Shown piece by piece: positions 58,722-64,000 of a stretch of 64,000 nucleotides of DNA (the stretch's first letter is position 1; each line of letters begins with the position of its first letter). The stretch is taken from contig CAYTWA010000004.1 in NCBI GenBank assembly GCA_964441955.1, forward strand, positions 149,541 to 213,540, read 5' to 3'. Position numbers and translations under genes: made by a program. The notes under the pieces are model-generated. The model had not been told where the DNA came from. It did no database searches and was given only the letters and a program-made list of their open reading frames with translations. This DNA is from an uncultured Elusimicrobia bacterium (GTDB lineage Bacteria > Elusimicrobiota > Elusimicrobia > 2-01-FULL-59-12).

Positions 58722-59416
58722 AGCGTGGGTTCGCCTTGGTTTTGGGAATGGCGGTTTTCGGGGCTAATGCTTTCGCTTCTGGCCCAGCGCCGGTGGTGGT
58801 CGAGCTATTCGAATCGCAAGGCTGCTCCAGCTGCCCACCGGCTGAGCGTGTGATGGATGCCTTGCAAAAAGAGTTTGGTTCCTCCGTGGCGCTACTCACC
58901 TTTCACGTCGACTATTGGGATCACCTGGGCTGGAAAGATCCGTTTTCATCACCCGAATTTACGGAACGACAAAAAATGTACGGCCAAGCGTTTAATCAAA
59001 GCTCCATTTACACGCCCGAGATCGTCATTCAGGGGAAAGCCGGTTTCGTCGGTTCCGATTTGCGCGCGGCGCGGCGAGTTATTCAAGAGGAACTTCGTCA
59101 GCAGCGCTCATCCGTGGACGTGAGATTAAAACCGAGCGGCAAGGCCACGGAGGTGGGGCTTAAGCTGGCGGCCGATGTGGCCGGCGCCGCCAAAACGGCA
59201 GAGATCATTCTCTTTGAAAATGCGCCGGCAGTGGCTGTTCTACGCGGAGAAAATGCGGGGGTGACGATGAGCGGGCGCTATGCGGTTCGGTCGGTCCAAC
59301 GCATTCCCCTTTCGGCAGGCCAAGGCCGTACTACCGTGACGGTTCCCTCACAAGGCGGCGGCGTGAGTCTTATTCGCGGGGAAAGCGGGGCGATTCTCGC
59401 GACGTCTCTTCTTTAG
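58718..59416 (+). CDS. DUF1223 thioredoxin-like secreted protein
   Basis: 'VVELFESQGCSSCPPAE', 'LTFHVDYWDHLGWKDPF' and 'YTPEIVIQGK' are the DUF1223 signature. The tracked ORF (from 58424) is trimmed to TTG 58718, which precedes the signal peptide KRGFALVLGMAVFGANAFA. ATG 58748 is an alternative start. Confidence 0.7.
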   Translation: MKRGFALVLGMAVFGANAFASGPAPVVVELFESQGCSSCPPAERVMDALQKEFGSSVALLTFHVDYWDHLGWKDPFSSPEFTERQKMYGQAFNQSSIYTPEIVIQGKAGFVGSDLRAARRVIQEELRQQRSSVDVRLKPSGKATEVGLKLAADVAGAAKTAEIILFENAPAVAVLRGENAGVTMSGRYAVRSVQRIPLSAGQGRTTVTVPSQGGGVSLIRGESGAILATSLL

Positions 59417-59537
59417 GTCCTTCGACGATCCCGGGAATAAATACCCACCATATCCCTCTAAGGATAACGAGAACTTAAACAACAAATAATCCTTGAGAGG
59501 AGTATGTCGATCGTGTATATACAAATAGAGTGCTACA

Positions 59538-59813
59538 ATGCGTGTTGAATCGTTCGAATGGGACGATGCGAACACCCAGCATATCGCACGACATCAGGTG
59601 GACCCAGATGAGGCGGAAGAGTTGTTTGAAGGGTGGGTCCATTACCAAAGAAGCCATACGGGGCGTTACCTGGCCTTTGGGCAAACGGTGACCGGTCGCT
59701 ATTTGGTCTGCGTCATCGAGCGCGTAATGCCTCCTGGCTGTATTCGAGTCGTAACGGCGAGAGATATGAATCACACAGAGCGGCGGCTCTATAAGCGCAA
59801 ACGACCTTTATGA
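59538..59813 (+). CDS. brnT: BrnT-family (DUF497) ribonuclease toxin
   Basis: 91 aa. 'FEWDDANTQHIARHQVDPDEAEELF' and 'RVVTARDM' match the BrnT pattern. Confidence 0.85.
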   Translation: MRVESFEWDDANTQHIARHQVDPDEAEELFEGWVHYQRSHTGRYLAFGQTVTGRYLVCVIERVMPPGCIRVVTARDMNHTERRLYKRKRPL

Positions 59814-60118
59814 AAAAAAAGAAACTGCCTCATTTTAAAACCGCAGAAGATGAAGCAAACTTTTGGGATACCCATAGCATCACGGATTACTTGCATGAAC
59901 TCGAACCGGTCGATGAGGTTTTCGTTCTATCCCCGGCGTTAGCCCACCGTATCCGCGAAAGGGCCAAAAAGCGGCTCATTTCGATCCGTCTGGCGAACTG
60001 GGAAATCGAAAAGTCCAAGCAAATCGCCAAAACCCGGAAAATTCCTTACCAAACCCTCTTGCGCGAGTGGATCGATGCAGGAATCCGGGCCGCTTTCGTG
60101 AAACATCGGACCACCTAA
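59810..60118 (+). CDS. brnA: BrnA-type (CopG/RHH-containing) antitoxin
   Basis: 102 aa with an ATGA overlap with brnT. 'FKTAEDEANFWDTHSITDY' and the C-terminal 'ISIRLANWEIEKSKQIAKTRKIPYQTLLREWI' are typical. Confidence 0.75.
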   Translation: MKKKKLPHFKTAEDEANFWDTHSITDYLHELEPVDEVFVLSPALAHRIRERAKKRLISIRLANWEIEKSKQIAKTRKIPYQTLLREWIDAGIRAAFVKHRTT

Positions 60119-60177
60119 TCCCTGCTTTCCCTGCCTGGCTCTAGGGGGATCCGCAGAGCTACAATTCTATCCTCGCT

Positions 60178-60336
60178 ATGCGCTGGTTCAACCGCCTGCA
60201 GTTGCGTGCTTACAACTCCCGCATCTGGGCCGCTTTCTTTCTGTTGTTCTTTGTTGTGGGCGCGCTGATCGCCGCCCCGCTCGCCTTGGCCGAAGCCGGT
60301 TTGGACTGGCTGCTCCACCTCAAAAAAGATCTCTAA
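60178..60336 (+). CDS. Candidate 52-aa single-TM micro-protein (below the ORF-track cut-off)
   Basis: My own translation gives MRWFNRLQLRAYNSRIWAAFFLLFFVVGALIAAPLALAEAGLDWLLHLKKDL-TAA. It is co-oriented with and 78 nt upstream of bufA. There is no clear SD. Confidence 0.25.
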   Translation: MRWFNRLQLRAYNSRIWAAFFLLFFVVGALIAAPLALAEAGLDWLLHLKKDL

Positions 60337-60414
60337 TCTCCTGTAATAAACCACACCCCTCCTGCACTTACCGGTGGGAAGACGTAGCCCACTATCACGC
60401 AAGGAGAACAACTT

Positions 60415-60684
60415 ATGAAGACATCCAATGCCTTACTCGGAGCCGCGATCGCCGGACTGTTGGGAGCATCCATTGCCTCCACCAGCTTTGCCGCGGACAA
60501 AAAGAAAGTCGAAACGGAAAAGTGTTACGGCATCAATAAATGCGGCGGCCACGGCAAATGCGGCGGAGCGGGCCATGCCTGCGCCGGCCAGAACAAATGC
60601 TCGGGCCAGGGCTGGATCGAAGTGATCAAAGGCACCTGCGAAGACATCACCGGTGGTTCACTCACGGCTCCGGCCGCGAAGTAA
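60415..60684 (+). CDS. bufA: DUF2282 / bufferin-type RiPP precursor (6-Cys class) with Sec signal peptide
   Basis: 89 aa. After the signal 'LLGAAIAGLLGASIASTSFA' comes 'EKCYGINKCGGHGKCGGAGHACAGQNKCSGQGWIEVIKGTCEDITGG', which follows the DUF2282 pattern (EKCYG...H.CAG...W..V..G.C..I.GG). Confidence 0.8.
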   Translation: MKTSNALLGAAIAGLLGASIASTSFAADKKKVETEKCYGINKCGGHGKCGGAGHACAGQNKCSGQGWIEVIKGTCEDITGGSLTAPAAK

Positions 60685-60703
60685 CCCTTAAGGAGAATCC
60701 GCT

Positions 60704-61609
60704 ATGCGACTATCGTGCGACGTTTTGAATTCGGAACTTCCCACTTCGCCTCTGGGCGTGGGGGTTGGGCTGCGGTCGGCGCACTATAGTCACATCCTGG
60801 AAAACCGTCCCCGGGTGCCGTGGTTCGAGGCTGTGTCCGAGAACTACATGGGCATCCGGGGCGGAACAGGCGGTCGTCCGCTGGAAATGCTGGAAAAGGT
60901 GCGGCGCGATTACCCGGTGATGCTGCACGGCGTGTCGATGAACATCGGTTCGGCCGATCCGCTCCGCCTGGATTACTTAAAAGAACTCCGCGCGCTGGCT
61001 GATCGCTTCCAGCCCCAATTTGTCTCGGACCATTTGTGCTGGACGGGCGTTGAAGGCGAAAACCTTCACGACCTTTTGCCGCTTCCTTTTAATGAAGAAA
61101 CCGTGCGCCACGTGGTCGGCCGCGTCCGCCAGGTGCAGGACCTCCTGGGCCGCCGGATCTTGCTGGAGAATGTCTCCAGCTATGTCACGTTCAACCATTC
61201 CGACATGCCGGAGTGGGAATTCCTCTCTGAAATCGCCGCGCGCGCCGATTGCGGCATCCTCCTCGATGTGAACAACATTTATGTGAGCGCCAAGAACCAT
61301 GGCTTTGATCCGCGCGCCTATCTGCAAGGCGTTCCCAAAAACCGCATGGGCTACATGCATGTGGCCGGGTATTCGGAAAGCGACTCGATGTTGATCGATA
61401 CGCACGACCATCCCGTCACCCCACCCGTGTGGAGCCTCTATGCCGATGCCGTGCGGCGTTTTGGCGACGTGCCCACGCTGATCGAGTGGGACGAGAACAT
61501 TCCTCCTTTTGAAACCTTAATGGATGAAGCGCGGAAAGCCGAAACGATTCAGCATGAAGTATTGCGTGAAAGGAGCCGCCATGACCACCGCGTCGCCGTC
61601 TCTGCCTGA
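60704..61609 (+). CDS. bufB: DUF692 / MNIO (multinuclear non-heme iron oxidase, MbnB-like) RiPP-modifying enzyme
   Basis: 301 aa. 'GVGLRSAHYSHILE..P.VPWFEAVSENYM', 'HGVSMNIGS', 'VSDHLCW' and 'ENVSSYV' are DUF692 blocks. Confidence 0.85.
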   Translation: MRLSCDVLNSELPTSPLGVGVGLRSAHYSHILENRPRVPWFEAVSENYMGIRGGTGGRPLEMLEKVRRDYPVMLHGVSMNIGSADPLRLDYLKELRALADRFQPQFVSDHLCWTGVEGENLHDLLPLPFNEETVRHVVGRVRQVQDLLGRRILLENVSSYVTFNHSDMPEWEFLSEIAARADCGILLDVNNIYVSAKNHGFDPRAYLQGVPKNRMGYMHVAGYSESDSMLIDTHDHPVTPPVWSLYADAVRRFGDVPTLIEWDENIPPFETLMDEARKAETIQHEVLRERSRHDHRVAVSA

Positions 61610-62477
61610 ACTGCAGCGCTGGATGCGTTGGGTCATTACCGACCCACGCGGACCCTACCGTGCGTTGGCGGAACCGCACACGCTGGCTGTGAGGTCGGAT
61701 GGCACTCTAGCCCAACTCGAAAACTGGGAAGACTCGCCGCGCGTTATCGAACCGTTGCCTCGTTATCTCGATCAAATTGCCAGCACGGAAGCGGTGGCGC
61801 GCGAAGGCCGCCTGTCGGTCTATTCCGACGCCTATTTCATTCGCCTTTTAGGATGCCTCGAATCTGATTTTGCCGCCGTGCTCTTGGCGACGGGCCCTGC
61901 CGCGTTTCGTCAACTTGCAGCCGATTATTTGCTGCGACACCCTTCTAGTTCGCCGCACGTAGGCGACTTAGGCCAAGCGTTTGCGGCGTTTGTGCGCACG
62001 CACGAGTTGTCCAAGAACCTTCCGTACTTGCCGGACTTGGCCGCGCTCGAATGGAATGTGCTGCGTTCAATTTATTCCGAACGGCTGCCGGCGTTGGATG
62101 TGCAAACGCTCGCCGCCATTCCCGAAAGCGCGTGGGCCGGAGCCCGCTTAATTGTGGATCCCACGGTGCGGCTTCTGGGCACTGCTTGGGCTGTTGACCG
62201 GCTATGGGAAGATAAATTTGATGCAAACGCCAAACCGCACAAACCCCGGCGGCAACGCCGCTGGTTGGTGATTTTTCGAAACGAAGAATGGGCGCAAGTG
62301 CGTTCGATCGACGGCCCGCAGTGGTTTGCACTGGAGCGTCTGCAGGAAGGCAAAACGCTGGGGCAAGTCTGCCAGGATTTAACCGACGTCTTCAAAGAGC
62401 AAAGCGGAGACCTGCCGGCGATGCAATGGTTCGGAGAATGGGTTCGCGACGGGCTCGTTAAAAAGGTGGAGATCTAA
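61581..62477 (+). CDS. bufC: DUF2063-family partner protein of MNIO enzymes
   Basis: The tracked ORF is trimmed to ATG 61581 (MTTASPSLPELQRWMRWVI...), which has a GGAG SD and overlaps bufB by 29 nt. The N-terminal 'L.ELQ..M...I' and the gene's position after DUF692 fit DUF2063. Confidence 0.65.
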   Translation: MTTASPSLPELQRWMRWVITDPRGPYRALAEPHTLAVRSDGTLAQLENWEDSPRVIEPLPRYLDQIASTEAVAREGRLSVYSDAYFIRLLGCLESDFAAVLLATGPAAFRQLAADYLLRHPSSSPHVGDLGQAFAAFVRTHELSKNLPYLPDLAALEWNVLRSIYSERLPALDVQTLAAIPESAWAGARLIVDPTVRLLGTAWAVDRLWEDKFDANAKPHKPRRQRRWLVIFRNEEWAQVRSIDGPQWFALERLQEGKTLGQVCQDLTDVFKEQSGDLPAMQWFGEWVRDGLVKKVEI

Positions 62478-62478
62478 G

Positions 62479-63615
62479 ATGAAAGCGATTGCGGCCTTTC
62501 CCAAAACCCAAGAAGTGAAATTGATTGACCATCCGGAGCCCATGATCACCCGGCCGACCGACGTCAAAATCAAAATGCTCAGTGTCGGCGTGTGCGGTAC
62601 CGACCGCGAGATTTGGGAATTCAAATACGGTACGCCGCCTCCGGGCTCGGACTATTTGATTACAGGCCATGAATCCTTCGGCCAAGTGGTCGAGGTAGGC
62701 CCGCGGGTGACGCAAGTTAAAGTCGGCGATTACGTGGTGCCTACCGTACGCCGTGGCTGCCCGGAGAACTGCATCTCCTGCCAGCACATGCAGCAGGATT
62801 TCTGCTACACGGGCCACTTTACAGAACGGGGTATTAAGGAAGCGCATGGGTTTATGACCGAATACGTCGTGGATGACCAGATGTACATGAACGGGGTCCC
62901 CGCAAGCCTCAAAGAATTCGGCATGCTGATTGAGCCCATGACCATCGCCCAAAAAGCGCTGATGCAGGTAAACACGATTCAAAGTCGATTGCACTGGGAG
63001 TGCCAGATTGGCAAAGCCGGCGCCAACAAAACGTGCCACAAAGCCGTCGTCCTCGGGGCGGGCCCGGTCGGAATTTTGGGCGCGATGGCGCTGCGCTTGA
63101 TGAATATGGAGGTGCACGTCGTGGCGCGCGAGCCGGAGCCGAACGCGAAAGCCAAGCTGCTGGAAGGCATTGGCGCGCCATACCATGCCACGGCGGAATA
63201 TTCGGCTGAACAAATTACCGAACACATCGGCAACGTCGACCTTATTTTTGAAGCGACCGGGGCGGCCAAAGTGTCTTTCGATTACTTAAACGTCTTAGGC
63301 ACCAACGGCATCTTCATCTTTACCGGCGTGCCCGCCCCGATGAAAGACATCACGATTGATGCCGGGACGCTGATGCGCAACATCGTGCTGAAGAACCAAG
63401 TCGTGCTCGGCACGGTGAATGCGCCTAAAGCTGCTTTCGAAAGCGCCATCCGCGACTTGCAGGAATGTCTCGTGAAATGGCCCAAAGAGATGAAGGAACT
63501 GATCACCGGCTATTTGTCGATCGACCAATTCCACGAAACGATCAAACGCACCAATTCGGACGAGATCAAAACGGTTTTGGAAATTGCCGGCGTCGCCGCG
63601 GGGTCTTCCCGGTGA
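62479..63615 (+). CDS. Zn-dependent MDR-family dehydrogenase (glucose-1-dehydrogenase-like)
   Basis: 378 aa. 'GVCGTDREI', '[12 protein letters not shown]', the structural-Zn Cys cluster '[16 protein letters not shown]' and the Rossmann motif 'VLGAGPVG' are present. Confidence 0.75.
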   Translation: MKAIAAFPKTQEVKLIDHPEPMITRPTDVKIKMLSVGVCGTDREIWEFKYGTPPPGSDYLITGHESFGQVVEVGPRVTQVKVGDYVVPTVRRGCPENCISCQHMQQDFCYTGHFTERGIKEAHGFMTEYVVDDQMYMNGVPASLKEFGMLIEPMTIAQKALMQVNTIQSRLHWECQIGKAGANKTCHKAVVLGAGPVGILGAMALRLMNMEVHVVAREPEPNAKAKLLEGIGAPYHATAEYSAEQITEHIGNVDLIFEATGAAKVSFDYLNVLGTNGIFIFTGVPAPMKDITIDAGTLMRNIVLKNQVVLGTVNAPKAAFESAIRDLQECLVKWPKEMKELITGYLSIDQFHETIKRTNSDEIKTVLEIAGVAAGSSR

Positions 63616-64000
63616 GTCAGACCCCAGAACATCAGCGGCTCGCCGATACCGCTGCGCACAAAGCGCATTGGCGCAAGTGGGGCCCGTATGTCTCCGATCG
63701 TCAATGGGGAACCGTTCGCGAAGATTACAGCGAGCACGGCACCGCGTGGGAATATCTTTCGCATGACGATGCGCGTTCGCGCGCCTACCGTTGGGGTGAG
63801 GACGGCCTCATGGGCATTTCCGATAACCACGGCCGCCTGTGCTTCGCGCTTTCCCTTTGGAATGGCCGCGACCTGATTTTGAAAGAACGCCTCTTTGGCG
63901 TGACCGGCAATCAAGGCAACCACGGCGAAGACGTCAAAGAGTATTACTTCTACTTGGACTCGACACCCACCCATTCCTACATGAAGGCGCTCTACAAATA
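63612..64000 (+). CDS. GH63-like glucosidase / MGH1-like glycoside hydrolase, N-terminal fragment (runs off the window)
   Basis: My own translation starts from a GTG overlapping the upstream TGA: [129 protein letters not shown]. It is open to the window end. The pattern matches bacterial GH63-type proteins as I recall them. Confidence 0.55.
   Translation, partial: MSQTPEHQRLADTAAHKAHWRKWGPYVSDRQWGTVREDYSEHGTAWEYLSHDDARSRAYRWGEDGLMGISDNHGRLCFALSLWNGRDLILKERLFGVTGNQGNHGEDVKEYYFYLDSTPTHSYMKALYK

Noticed and set aside
60115-60411. 98-aa minus-strand ORF between brnA and bufA.
   Set aside because: It has no SD, odd composition and no motif. The plus strand of the same region holds a cleaner small TM ORF and the bufA upstream region.
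1-64000. tRNA, rRNA, tmRNA, RNase P, integrase and transposase genes.
   Set aside because: I scanned intergenic regions by eye for T-loop/acceptor-like motifs and for characteristic protein motifs, and found none. A tRNAscan-SE/Infernal run would be needed to exclude small RNAs formally.

Overview
A 64-kb chromosomal window from a moderately GC-rich diderm bacterium. The diderm call rests on Omp85-type beta-barrels, a PorV-like barrel and a full Bat/MoxR aerotolerance operon. The lineage cannot be assigned from the window alone. I see no rRNA, tRNA, CRISPR array, transposase or integrase.

Housekeeping and core-like genes:
- serS, pdxH, myo-inositol-1-phosphate synthase, tandem Hsp20 genes and a HAMP-GGDEF cyclase.
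- A nine-gene moxR-DUF58-DUF4381-batABCDE operon.
- Glycogen debranching enzyme followed by a translationally coupled YceI-aquaporin-GMC oxidoreductase-VOC-NDH-2 string.
- A Sel1-repeat protein, a Zn-dehydrogenase and a GH63-like hydrolase that is partial at the 3' edge.

Accessory content is dense:
- Five toxin-antitoxin-type modules: a RES toxin at the 5' edge, an AbiEi/AbiEii pair in which both genes carry one in-frame TAA, an Xre-HTH/minimal-nucleotidyltransferase pair, VapBC and BrnTA.
- Three diverged AAA+/DUF4143 ATPase paralogues within 8 kb.
- A DUF2282/DUF692/DUF2063 (bufferin-type RiPP) cluster.
- Several visibly more AT-rich orphan genes, including a 2564-aa polytopic giant ORF.

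The most unusual signals are non-coding:
1. Two diverged copies of a ~190-nt rod-like element have conserved internal loops and compensatory helix changes. They sit in inverted orientation around a low-GC three-gene orphan islet (54.8-57.7 kb).
2. Long hairpin-forming modules encode the N-terminal anchors of BatC, BatD and BatE.
3. A 42-nt repeat supplies the same C-terminal dodecapeptide and stop codon to two unrelated genes, and a partial copy flanks a DUF4143 ATPase.
4. A family of GGGAG(A/G)GGG palindromes has one member lying in frame inside ndh.
5. An array of five half-sites lies upstream of the hsp20 promoter.
6. Four orphan proteins share an N-terminal (Q/E)AL-type motif after their signal anchor.

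All calls come from reading the sequence and recalling family motifs. No searches or computations were run, and GC statements are by eye.
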